Origin: Selaginella moellendorffii
Lineage: Eukaryota > Plantae > Lycopodiophyta
DNA: 38,878 nt
Assembly: GCF_000143415.4 (NCBI RefSeq)
Contig: NW_003314337.1
Coordinates: 37,486-76,363, forward strand
Reading direction: 5' to 3'
In this document: one piece after another, positions 1 to 10,169 of the stretch
Numbering within the stretch: the stretch's first letter is position 1
How the letters are laid out: each line of letters starts with the position of its first letter
Program-made: the position numbers and the translations under genes
Notes under the pieces: model-generated
What the model was told of the DNA's origin: nothing
Seen by the model: the letters and a program-made list of their open reading frames with translations, nothing else
Databases searched by the model: none

Positions 1-1197
1 TACAAATATCTTATAGCTGGATTCCTTGCTAGTAATGATTAATGTTTGCAATCCTAGGACACACATGATTAGTCTATAACTCTACCTTTGCCTTTTGATA
101 TCGCTCATTCAGGCCCAAGATCATTAGCACTCCTGTGGCTTTTGAAAAGCTTGACTTCATGTTAGTTTGTCCCCCAGCACCATCATTCTGCCTATGTAAT
201 CCTACGCCTTTTCCTCTGATCCTTGGTGACCCATGACTGTTCGCAATAAAATTGTTGGAGAGTGCGCCATGTCCTCTGTTGATACTTTCTTTACCTTCAG
301 AATGTCACCACACTCTTTCTATCAGCATGGACTTGGCTGAGATGTCGTTCTTCTGATATGTTGCACACTGCTCTGCCGTCATGCGTGCCATGTCCTCCAG
401 TGGGATCAACATCAGCATACCCTCACGACCCATCACAGCTTCTTCTTTGAAAATTTAGCCTCCACGATCGAGACCACTGGAACGCATTCTTGTATGATAA
501 GAGCAACTTGGAGTTTGAATCTCCCTTGCCCATCTTGCACTATTCCTATTCCTATTCGATCAAGAGTACACTCAACCTAGTAGGTGGCAGTGATGGCATT
601 TGCTTTTGCACAGCCTTAGGTGGCATTTAAGCTACTGTATATTGCTTCATAGCTAAGCTTGGAGTGTTAGCTCATTTTAGTGGAGGCATATGCATAGACT
701 GAGTGAGAAGGAAAGAGCAAGAGAGAGAACGAAGCTCTTTGGCTGCCTCCAATTTACCTAGATCGCTTTGCCTTAATATGTTAACCCTAAGCTTATCCTT
801 TCACCTTTGATTGCTTTTATATACAAATGTATTGTGAAAATGTTTTTTCCTTATTGGACTAGTAACCTCTACCTTATGGTTTGCTAATAGAGATTATAGA
901 ATGGGGCAAGAAAAATGTAGATATTACTTTTAGAGTATCTACCTTTCTTTTGTTTTCTCTATGTTTTGTATTGCTTAGAGAATATTTCTATAAGCCACAC
1001 TAGTAAAATTTTGAAGGAAGGCTTGTTCCAGAGAAAGAAATATCTATCCAATATATCCCTTGGTTTCTTTCCTTTGAACTTCCCCATCAAAGAAAGCACT
1101 TAAATATATGAGTGTTTCTCTAGCACAAAGATAAATCTTTCCCAGGGGACATGTGTTTTCCCTATGTTCTAGGTGAACAAATCCATGTTTGACCTTA

Positions 1198-1416
1198 TCA
1201 GAAAAGACTACTCCTTCTATCCAATTCCTTTATGAGGAGATAGAAAAGTTTGGAAATAAGATCCTTAGTGATCTTAATATCCCCTTTATCTATTTTGAAA
1301 GTTATTTTTTTAGGATCCCATAATTGAAGAACCAATTTGCCTTCTTGTGATCCTACAAAGTTTGATATAGCTTTGTAGAATTTTTCTAGACCCCTATCTT
1401 TCATCCAATTAGTCAT
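1198..1416 (-). pseudogene. Fragment of a retrotransposon accessory ORF (plant transposon protein / Transposase_32-like), degenerate
   Basis: The ORF contains ITFKIDKGDIKITKDLISKLFYL, resembling the 'V.G..I.IT...IS..LGLP' segment of accessory ORFs in plant gypsy elements. The surrounding DNA is AT-rich and frameshifted. Resemblance judged by eye only. Confidence 0.3.
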
Positions 1417-1744
1417 TCTATTTGTACACTTAGGTAGTTCATCATAATGAATCTTTGTGAGGGCTATCTATAGTTTTATACCTTAAGATATAGATAATAT
1501 GCTTATATCTTCATGGTACTTTTTAAAATGGTTTAAACTTACTCTTACAGTATTGTCTTTGTTTAAGGTGTGCACTTCAGCCATTCTTGGGGCTGATATC
1601 TTAGATAAAATAAATGGACCATTTTATTTTCTCTCAAATTTATTTTCAAGAGCATATATTTTGCCTTGATATATGCAAGGTCCAGATTACTTTAAGTTTA
1701 AGCTCATCTAAATTTTCTATTTTGGCAAGTTTGTACTCCTTCGG

Positions 1745-2383
1745 GGGATAAATTACTTATGTTGAGATATAATAAATGAATGTCATAAAGAGAAATGCTC
1801 ATTATTAAAGAAAGTCATCATTGGGACACTTAAACACTCTAAAACATTAGGAAGTGGTGTTTAGTATCATAAGGGCATTAGATAAGGCCCAAGGGACTAA
1901 ATCCCTAGCAAATAATGGATTCAAAGGTGCTATTTAATGTTTAAGGTTGCAAAGACGGGAGAAGTCTGTCTATTCAAATTGGACAAAGCCAAAAAAGGAT
2001 TTTGGCATGGATAGCAATGGGCATAAAGAGGCCTATACATAGCGATGTTAATCCTAGTGTGTGGGATTATACAATGAGTATATCCAAATTAAAGAACCAT
2101 TCCCTAAGTTATTGAGTAGGTTCATCCCTAAAAATACTTAGTAGAAAGTGTAAAACTACCCTCCTAAACGGGAGGAAAATAACTAAAGGGAAGGCATAAA
2201 GCCAAAAAGAAAATAGTGAAAGGATAGAACCGAACCATAGAAATCAAAGTACATAACCAAAAAAGTGGAAAATTAAGTGGCTGCTCAAACGTGTTATTAT
2301 TAACAACTATGGTGCCATGGAGAGTTTAAAGTATGGAATTGTTCATGTTAGACTATATAATAATTATAAAACTTGTGAAATAA
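1745..2383 (+). mobile_element. Degenerate LTR-retrotransposon internal (gag/protease-region) sequence, interrupted by the 2384-4714 insertion and resuming at 4715
   Basis: Colinear with the paralogous segment at about 22355-23000 (e.g. ttggacaaagccaaaaa, gatagaaccgaaccata). It begins with a decayed CCHC-like stretch. Confidence 0.6.
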
Positions 2384-2616
2384 TGTTAGGCACCAGCTTT
2401 GACTACATGGTCAACATCGGTCAAAGGGAGGCTCAAGGGTATATTAAGGCATGTTAGGGTAAGGGACTTAACCTACCCTAGGGCTCACAGTGGAGCGGCG
2501 GCGCAGTGGAGCTTTTGAGGTAGCTCGGGGGTGGTTGGGTGGTGAGGAACCTCAAGAGGTGGCATAGCATAGTCTAGGGCGACTAGATCCCTGTCTTTTG
2601 GCGCCGGATCATAACA
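2384..2616 (+). repeat. 5' LTR (233 bp), family A
   Basis: TG...CA termini. Near-identical to the reverse complement of 12966-13198 and 17661-17893. Followed by TTGGTATCAGAG. Confidence 0.95.
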
Positions 2617-2640
2617 TTGGTATCAGAGGAGTTGGTTGCG

Positions 2641-4482
2641 ATGGCCGACCAAGCTGAACGCTGGAATCCTATTGTCAATGGTGGTGCCGACAATGGTGTC
2701 GACGAAGCTGCGGAGATTTGGACCATTCAAGATGTGGTTCATGAGCTGCGAGCCCTCAACCGAAATCAGCAAGAGATGCAAGACGAGATGCATGGCATGA
2801 TGCATACCATGCGTGGGCGTGTTGAGGCACTCGAGGCTGGACGGGGTAGCGCTCCAAGTAAGCCTTCTTTGGTAGATCGACTCAAGATTCCAACCTTTTC
2901 CGGTGATGGTGGTGTGGACGAGTGTCTCGCTTGGCTAGCCAATGTGAAGAAGTCCTTGGCTGCTAAAGGAACTCCAGATGTAGAGGCTTTAGTGGCTATT
3001 CCGATGGTTTTGCGTGATGCGGGTCTTCGATGGTGGAATTGGCTTGAGGAGTCTCGTGTTGCAGATAAGAAACCACCAGTGTCTACCATGGATGAATTTG
3101 AGGCTGCTTTCCGTTTACGTTTTGCCCCTCATTACGATGTGGAGAATGCTCGTACGGAACTTCGACATTTCCAGCAAGGGAAAATGATGCTCGGGGACTA
3201 TATTGAGAAGCTTACTCACTTGATTAGTCGTGTTCCAACGAAGGATCCAGATCAAAACAAGTCCTACTTCATTGATGGCCTACATAGTGAGAGCATGCGG
3301 CAACACTTGCGTCATTCTCAGCCTACAAAGAGTTTGGAGGAGCTCTTTGATGCGGCTCGTCGACTTGACAATGACAAGCACAAGTCTCGCAAGCATTCAC
3401 GGAGTCCTTCTGTCGAGAATCGTCGTGATGATCACCATGGACACAAGGATGGGAACAAGCATCACAAGTTGAAGTCGGTGGTGACTACTTCAGATGCAAA
3501 GGGGTCCAAGAAGCAGAAGTTCTTTGTAAAGAATTATCGACAGGGTTGTCATAATTGCGGCGAACTTAGACACTACAAGGCTGATTGTCCGCAGTTGAAG
3601 AACAAGCAGCAGGACAAGAAGAATGGCCAATCTTCTTCTCACGGTAAGTCCGATACTAAAAAGTTGCAAACTTTGCAGCATGAGGATGAGGAGAACAACC
3701 ATTCCGGTCGGAGGAAGAGACTTTCGATTGTTGCTCGTCAACTCAACTGTGTGTGGAATAAGATGGAGCTCGAGGATACGCGTGAATTAGCTTTAATGCT
3801 GGAGGGCGTGTTCCGTGGCGATCCAGTGCGGATTTTACTGGATAGTGGAAGCGATGACAACTTTGTTTCGGCAAAGGTTGTTGCGGAGCATGGCCTGAAC
3901 ACACGCGGAGTTCTTCCATACATAGTGGAAGGTGCAGCTACCTTTACTCAACATTTTGATGCTTGTGTTGAGGAGCTGGAAGTGTTGGTTGGCAAAACCA
4001 CACTTGTGGAGACTTTTTATCTCGTGGATATCTATCGTGTGGATCTCATCCTTGGGATGCCATGGTTGGTGAAGGTGGATCCAGAGATAAAGTGGAGTAT
4101 TAAGCGTATCCCGCTGGAGTATGGTGGCGTTAAAGATGTGTGGTTTGGCGAGGGCGTTCAACCCCCAGTTGTTATGCTCTCTGCTACATCTTTGAAGCGG
4201 GCTTGTCGTAATGGAAAAACACTTTCAAGTTACTTGCTGTTTGTTTGTGACTTGGGGGACCAAGGCATGTCTGGGGGAGAAGCAGCAGTACGGGATGTAC
4301 TCGATGAGTTTTCTGATGTTTTTCCGCATGAACTTCCTCATGGGTTGCTTCCGTTACGAGGTGTGGAGCATGGGATTACATCGGAGCCTAGTTCGATTCT
4401 CATGGCTGACAAGTGGAGCATGGGATTACATCGGAGCCTAGTTCGATTCTCATGGCTGACGAGTGGAGCAAGAATATTCTAA
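2641..4482 (+). CDS. Truncated gag-protease polyprotein; the C-terminal ~30 aa derive from the fused family-S sequence
   Basis: Zinc knuckle CHNCGELRHYKADC and aspartic protease LLDSGS. Nearly identical to the N-terminal ~590 aa of the 13273-17637 ORF up to RGVEHGIT. No RT, RNase H or integrase. Confidence 0.9.
   Translation: MADQAERWNPIVNGGADNGVDEAAEIWTIQDVVHELRALNRNQQEMQDEMHGMMHTMRGRVEALEAGRGSAPSKPSLVDRLKIPTFSGDGGVDECLAWLANVKKSLAAKGTPDVEALVAIPMVLRDAGLRWWNWLEESRVADKKPPVSTMDEFEAAFRLRFAPHYDVENARTELRHFQQGKMMLGDYIEKLTHLISRVPTKDPDQNKSYFIDGLHSESMRQHLRHSQPTKSLEELFDAARRLDNDKHKSRKHSRSPSVENRRDDHHGHKDGNKHHKLKSVVTTSDAKGSKKQKFFVKNYRQGCHNCGELRHYKADCPQLKNKQQDKKNGQSSSHGKSDTKKLQTLQHEDEENNHSGRRKRLSIVARQLNCVWNKMELEDTRELALMLEGVFRGDPVRILLDSGSDDNFVSAKVVAEHGLNTRGVLPYIVEGAATFTQHFDACVEELEVLVGKTTLVETFYLVDIYRVDLILGMPWLVKVDPEIKWSIKRIPLEYGGVKDVWFGEGVQPPVVMLSATSLKRACRNGKTLSSYLLFVCDLGDQGMSGGEAAVRDVLDEFSDVFPHELPHGLLPLRGVEHGITSEPSSILMADKWSMGLHRSLVRFSWLTSGARIF
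4363..4470 (+). repeat. 50 bp direct tandem duplication at the chimera junction
   Basis: GTGGAGCATGGGATTACATCGGAGCCTAGTTCGATTCTCATGGCTGAC(A/G)A occurs twice (4363-4412, 4413-4462), then a third GTGGAGCA at 4463-4470. Confidence 0.95.
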
Positions 4483-4610
4483 AGGAATATTCAACATGGT
4501 GGATCTAGAGGGAGAACCAAAGTTTGGTAGACCCTAAGAGAAGGACCATGGTGACCGGATGGTGGCCTAAGTATGATCGCGGATGATCATTCCTTGGTGA
4601 GGGGGAGGAT

Positions 4611-4714
4611 TGTTAGGCACCAGGTCAGGATAATAGGATAAGGAAAGGGCCCTACAATCAAGTGATCACCCCTTTAACCAGTTGGTTTAGGGTGTAAGGG
4701 ATAGGATCCTAACA
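4611..4714 (+). repeat. 3' LTR (104 bp) of TRIM-like family S
   Basis: Follows the PPT GAGGGGGAGGAT and has TG...CA ends. A diverged reverse-complement copy next to a PBS lies at 32141-32238. Confidence 0.85.
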
Positions 4715-4739
4715 AATAAGAGGCCTTAATAAGCTAAGG

Positions 4740-5062
4740 GATAGATTCCTCTCAAGGTTCCCAAAGACAATTCTAAGTACATTAGTACTTACAAAGATAA
4801 GTGTAAATGGTCACTGACTAGCGTAATATAGTTTCATGCATAAGTATGAAAGTCCTTAACCATCAACTTTCTTTTAAAGCCATCTCTTTGAACACTCAGA
4901 AACTACTTCCCCAACTTTGATAATCTTGCCTCATAGCAAGCTTCAAGACCATGCTTTTGCTATGCCACTTTAATTTCGCACATTTTATAAACCATTTACA
5001 CTTATCTTTGTAAGTACTAATGTACTTAGAATTATCTTTGGGAACCTTGAGGGGAATCTATC
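4740..5062. repeat. Fold-back inverted duplication (72 bp arms at 4740-4811 and 4991-5062)
   Basis: The arms are reverse complements with about 2 mismatches. 4812-5062 is the reverse complement of the paralog at about 23020-23272. Confidence 0.9.
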
Positions 5063-5081
5063 TAGGTTTGTGCACGGTTTT

Positions 5082-6018
5082 TTCACGCGCGAACCAACCT
5101 TTCTGAGTTTGAGTCTCTCACTTGTCACAAAAGAATGAAACTCTCTTGAAGGGAAGAGAGCATGGAAATGAGAGGGAGAACAAACAATCAATGCTACAAC
5201 TTTTGTGATTGACTGACGCTTCTCACTCATAACCACATTCATTTCAACAATATTATTCCTCTCACGATCAATTATACATATCTTAATATTTAAAGCATTG
5301 AATGATTGTATCCATTGATCACCATTAAAGAGAATAAAAATCATGACCATTGATCGTGACTGTTGATCGCGTCTGTTGATTTTTAGGGTTTTACGCCTAG
5401 GGTTTGAGCAGCAAAGGGCAAGAAAAAGGCGCTTCAATCAAGCAATGTGCTTCAAGATGCTCCTCAAACAAGGTATGTTTCCTTGAGAAGGTTGGTTCAC
5501 GCGCGAACCGATGTCTCTTCACTTTCTTGCTTCCATTAGAAGTTTTTGTTTTCTCAACTTTTGTTTTCTCTTGAGGGATAGAGATGTCGGTTCTTGTGCC
5601 AACCAACATCTCTTAGCATTCTATTTCATTTTCTGTTTACCTTTTTGCCCATCTCTACCTCATTTTTTAAATTTTTTTTCCTTGTTGAAGGGGTGGGAAA
5701 GATCGGTTCGTGCGTGAACCGACGTCTCCCCACCTTCATTTTTTCTAGAAGTGAGCTTTCTTGATTTTTTTTCATGTTTCTAGTAGTGAGATTTCTTTAT
5801 TTTTGAAAACAGAGAGAGATTGAAATGTTAGTTTTTGTGCGAACTGACATCTTCAAGGTTTTTTTTTTTATTTCATTGACTTGATGGGGCATTTCATATG
5901 AAAATTAGAGGGTGGAAGATGTCGGTTCTTGCGCGAACCGACCTCTCCCGTATTCTTGTTGTGTTTTTCCTTTTTCTCGAGAGGTAGGGTGAGGTCAGTT
6001 CTCGCATGAACCAACCTC
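5082..6018. repeat. Seven dispersed copies of a palindrome, consensus GAGRYGTCGGTTC-N6-GAACCGACRTCTC
   Basis: Copies at about 5082-5100 (partial), 5491-5512, 5581-5612, 5703-5730, 5825-5850, 5917-5946 and 5991-6018. Confidence 0.9.
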
Positions 6019-6226
6019 TCCCAGTGACTTATGTTTTTTTCCTTTGCATTTCTTGTAGTTTACAATCTATTTTTCACATCTTTTACTTACAAACTTTTCT
6101 TGTGAGAGCAGATATAAATCAACCTTGACTACCTGAAACTTCCAACAAGGGACTTGAACTTAAAATGCCATAGTTTTGCTTTACATTACAAGTTAGATGT
6201 TATAATAGTTTTGCTTTTTATTTTAG

Positions 6227-9200
6227 AGGAAGTGCCGAGGCCAACTTCAATGGTCTCGATCTCCAGGAAAAGGCAGCCGCCTTGATCGCTGTAGGTTTGG
6301 CCGATTGAGTGGAGATTCATCTCAAGTATCCAATGAAGTTTCGGCTAGTCATGCTGGAGGCAACGTTGAGTATAACAATGACGTAGATGTTGAGATGAAC
6401 ACTCAAATCGATGTTGGTGTTATTGAGGCTGTTGCTACTGGTGCTCCTAAGGCTGCGGGTACTGGTGGTGGGGTACTTGCATCTGATGTTGGCAGTGGTG
6501 GGGGTGTTGTGCTTTCAGTTGCTGAGGCTGCTCGTGGCGAGGTAGATGAACCAGTTGAGGACGTTATTGGTAGCGTTGTAGGTGGATCTACTACAGAGGC
6601 TACTGGGGGCATAGTAGTTGCTCCTACTACTCCTTAGGTTGGTGGTGCAGGGGGAGCTAGTGGTGGTGAGGGATTATGCATGCATAATTCTGACACCATC
6701 TTGAATGATCGTGTTCAGGACACGATTATCCAAGCTCAAGAATGGACAGTCAGTAAAGTGTTACAGAAAATGGCGTGGAATGGCCCTCATCGATTTCTAG
6801 TTCCTTTGTGCCGGTTGGTTCAAACCAATTGGGTACACTCAGCTTACGACATCAACATGGCTATCTACAGCTTGTTTGCCGAGGTCGGGTTTGGGAGCAC
6901 AACTGGTACCTTCATTGTTTCACCAACTTTCCCTAGAACCATCCGGATAGAGTCAGTGACTACTAAACTTGAGGAAAAATGGGATCCTATATGGCTGCGA
7001 AAGTCTCGTGAGTTTGATAGATTCTTAAGACAACATGTGGAGATAGCAGGGTTCATTGGAAAGCTCTTTTGGGTGATCGATGGAAACCATAGGTGGCTAG
7101 CATTTTGAAAGTGCATTCAAGAGAAGTTATGAGATGACGAAGAATGACACATTAGTGTTTTAGTCACACTTGTCAAACCAATGACTCGGGAGCACACTTT
7201 GAAGCTCAACATGGCATGCCATAAGATCAACATGTAAGAATTTAGTTTTTGTAAACTTAGCCAATATTGTGGCTTTGCAGGCTAAACCAATTTGCGTTTC
7301 AAGCTCATACATTGGTATATGACATTGAGCACCTTCTGTTTATCGGCATGCTTTCGCTAGAGGAGGTCCAAATGTTGTACAATCGTGAGGTATTTGAAGC
7401 AATTCGAGTGAAGCTAGCAGCTAGGAAAGGCCAAGAATTGTAGATTTGGTACCAGCTGCCACTTGATTTTCTAGTTGTTGTCTGGGCAAAGGTAAATTAG
7501 TATTGAAGTATGTATCAACTTACATAATGTTTCTTGCAGCCCATAATCAAAGGAGAAAGAGTGTCATTCTTTAAAAATGCCCGAGGGGACGAGCAGCAGA
7601 AGGAGATGGAGTGGCATGCGATTGAGCAGCAAATTTTAAATACGAAGAGAACAAAGGTGAAAAAGTTGCTCTCGATTGCAGACATACAACGCGGGCAGGA
7701 ATGGCTTGATAGCATTGCCGAGATTTGTTCTCGCGTTCGTAAGTTCTTATAAAATTTGTGAAACATTTCATAACTCCTTGTGTGTATAGGAACTGGTAAA
7801 GCACCGGAGGAACTCATTTACAACATCTCCAAGAGTAAAATATCCTTTGCTAAACAAAGTGTCTGCTTGGAAGTTCTCAACACATGGCTGCGAAACAACA
7901 AAAAACACTACAAGATAAGGATGGAGAAGGTGATTAGGGAGAAGGCATATATTTTTCAGAGTATTGCCGCTGGTGAGGAGATGCTACAAGTCTGGGACGA
8001 GAAGTTTCTTTCCAGCACCCACACAGGTATCACTCTCGAAGAATATATTCGTGTTTGTCTTGTGGAGCTAGGGAATGGTTGGCTTCCATGTGGTGGGATG
8101 AGTTTGGCTGAGTTCAAGAACCAACTAGGACTACCATTTCTTGCGAGGCGCATGGTTTACAGGTATTTTCTCAATTCTCATTTATATATTGGTATTTATA
8201 TTTTTGTTTTACTTTGTAGATATTTAAAATATTGCCCCGGCGCACCAGTATACACAACCAGTGTTTTGCAGAAGCTCCTGAATAGAGGCAAGAAGCTTGG
8301 GATATATGAGCCAGAGTTCTACTGTCCTTGTACACATGAGAGGGAGCTATGCCCATGGTACCTTGAACTCATGGAGCAAATGCTGACATTGGATTTCGAG
8401 CTAGATCTCTACCTTGAATGTCATCCAGGTTCACTTGAAACTCAACAGTTAGCTAGGAAATATTAACCTTGAGTTATATTTTTATTTTCCAGAGGCTCTT
8501 TCTAACTGTGATAACGACATTGTTGAAGTTCAACAACTAAACCTAGGAGTCCACACTCAGAAAACCATTCAGGAGATGTCAAATCCAAATACCGTTGAAC
8601 TAGAGGAAATTGTACAAGAAATTCCAGCACAAGAGATTCCAGTACCTGCTCCTCGCAACCCCCGAAGGGGCCGTCATGAAGCCTTACATGAGAGTAAGGA
8701 CTTTGATTTGGAACATTCTTTTATTCATTCTTGACTTCACTTTTTTTTTTATAGATGTTGTAGAGAGCAGCCATCAGTCTTTTCGACAGACTAAGACATT
8801 CTTCCCATCCCTCCCTACGGCTACAGATGATGACCTAGAAGAGCTCTCCTCTATAGCGATGCATAAACAGGTTAGTAAGCATGAATTTTATCTCCAACTT
8901 TTAGTTCTAATAATTGATTTTCAGGTTTGCCCTCTATCCCCAACAGCCAGTGTTGGGGAAGTTGCTGTTCTCATTGGGGATTACACACAGCTTTTAGATG
9001 CTACTAGTCGGGAGCTCTACATTCTTGATCGGTGGATCCATGGTTTGGGTCAGCTCACACCTTATGGGAAGATCGATTTCATCTTTTTCAATCTTCCCAA
9101 TGGGATGGCACTACCGCAGGGGGATACTCCGTCATGGAATGTGTTGCAAGCCCAACACATTTCCCAATCCTTAAAGGTTGCGAGCAGCTTCATGACATAC

Positions 9201-10022
9201 AAGGGTGTGGTTGTCATGATCCTTCCTCGCTCTCTAATGTGGGAAGGCCTTCTCGCACACTTGGCTGACAACGATGATGGATTTGTTGAGTTTCCATCTG
9301 GCTGCCTTCTTTCGAGTATGGCGGTGGACACAAAAGGCACTAGCAGGCAGACGCGAAAGGTGTGTGACTTCTTTATTTATAAATTAACTCTATTCTATAT
9401 TTTTTTCCAGATTTATTCCTGGAACTACCATGCTCTATGCCACATTGGGAACCGGCGTAATGCCACAAGAGCTGACGAGTGTGCTGCTCTTGCTTTACCA
9501 GGATATGACAGCTCTACAGACATCATCCCAAATGTGATTGACTCGGATGTTCTTCACCCAGCGTTCCCTGGTTATCGACATTGTTCGGTCACGGCTATGC
9601 AAATTTTGTTGGAGTTATTTTGTCTGCCAAAGGGGATTGTGCTTGATGCTACAGCAGGATTTGGATCAATGGTGCAGGTAGCAAAAGAGACAAGCTGAGC
9701 TGTTTTTGCACTTGAGAAGGAGGGTGCCTTTGAGAACATTCTTAGGAGATTTTGCGACAGGTGATGTTAGTGCTTGAAATACTCTATAATATTTATTCTC
9801 AAATGTTTCTATTTTATTAGGTCTACACTTATCACACACAGTGTTTCAGTCCACACGCTTGATCTTGATGATATGGATGATCATATGGACCGAAGTCAAT
9901 TCCACTTACCTATTTATGCTGAACGTATGGCACAACATTACATACAACACGAGCCTATAGTGAAGGAGCATTCCACTATACCCATTTCTACTTTTCTGGA
10001 TATGGAAGCAGAAAAAGATTGA
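6227..10022 (+). pseudogene. Spliced ParB/sulfiredoxin-like + beta-class N6A/N4C DNA methyltransferase-like fusion protein gene (~1100 codons, 6 premature stops)
   Basis: Exons 6227-7233, 7281-7491, 7540-7738, 7790-8162, 8220-8428, 8493-8693, 8755-8870, 8925-9359, 9411-9760 and 9821-10022 are joined by GT-AG introns of 47-64 bp. They stay in one frame (3303 nt). Motifs: VIDGNHRWLA (7073), VLIGDY..LL, IDFIFFNLPNG (9072), KGVVVMILP, GIVLDATAGFGS (9633), *AVFALEKE. Stops at 6635, 7106, 7130, 7145, 7441 and 9696. The start codon and 5' exon are unresolved (candidate donor at 5473). Confidence 0.8.
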
Positions 10023-10070
10023 ATATATTCTGATTTTAATATATATTATTTTCTTTTTTTGTAGACTAAA

Positions 10071-10169
10071 AGATTAGTTCATGTCGAACCAATAATCTAC
10101 ATGAGCTTATGGAATACCTTAAACACCTAGATTTTATGTTAAAAATTCTTGGTTCGGGACGAACTAAGG
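10071..10169. repeat. Two downstream copies of the GGTTC-N5-GAACC palindrome/hairpin
   Basis: AGATTAGTTCATGTCGAACCAATAATCT (10071-10098) and CTTGGTTCGGGACGAACTAAGG (10148-10169). Confidence 0.75.

Larger units (their letters stand above)
2384..4714 (+). mobile_element. Chimeric Ty3/gypsy insertion: family-A 5' LTR + gag-protease fused to the internal region and 104 bp LTR of a small TRIM-like family (S)
   Basis: Starts TGTTAGGCACCAG at 2384 and ends GATCCTAACA at 4714. AATAA TSD at 2379-2383 and 4715-4719. Met-tRNA PBS at 2618-2628 and PPT at 4599-4610. The flanks rejoin into the sequence seen uninterrupted near 22985-23030. Confidence 0.9.

Noticed and set aside
1-760. Possible decayed gag/protease on the minus strand
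   Set aside because: Only vague hints (MPPK, SNNFIA), not enough to call.
4430-4452. GTTCGATTC as part of a tRNA gene
   Set aside because: Better explained as extended complementarity of the family-S PBS to initiator tRNA-Met. No cloverleaf is present.
4812-4816. CACTG as a CACTA-type transposon terminus
   Set aside because: It lies within the inverted retroelement-derived segment, and no matching terminus was found.
4985-5717. ORFs 4985-5437, 5397-5609 and 5511-5717
   Set aside because: They span junctions, palindromes and T-rich intron-like DNA, with no coding signature.
5082-6018. Palindromes with unique spacers as a CRISPR array
   Set aside because: The spacers are irregular, long and T-rich, the repeats are degenerate, there are no cas genes, and the context is eukaryotic.
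6227-10022. Bacterial or phage contamination as the source of the ParB-MTase
   Set aside because: Nine frame-preserving spliceosomal introns, and contiguity with plant retroelements.
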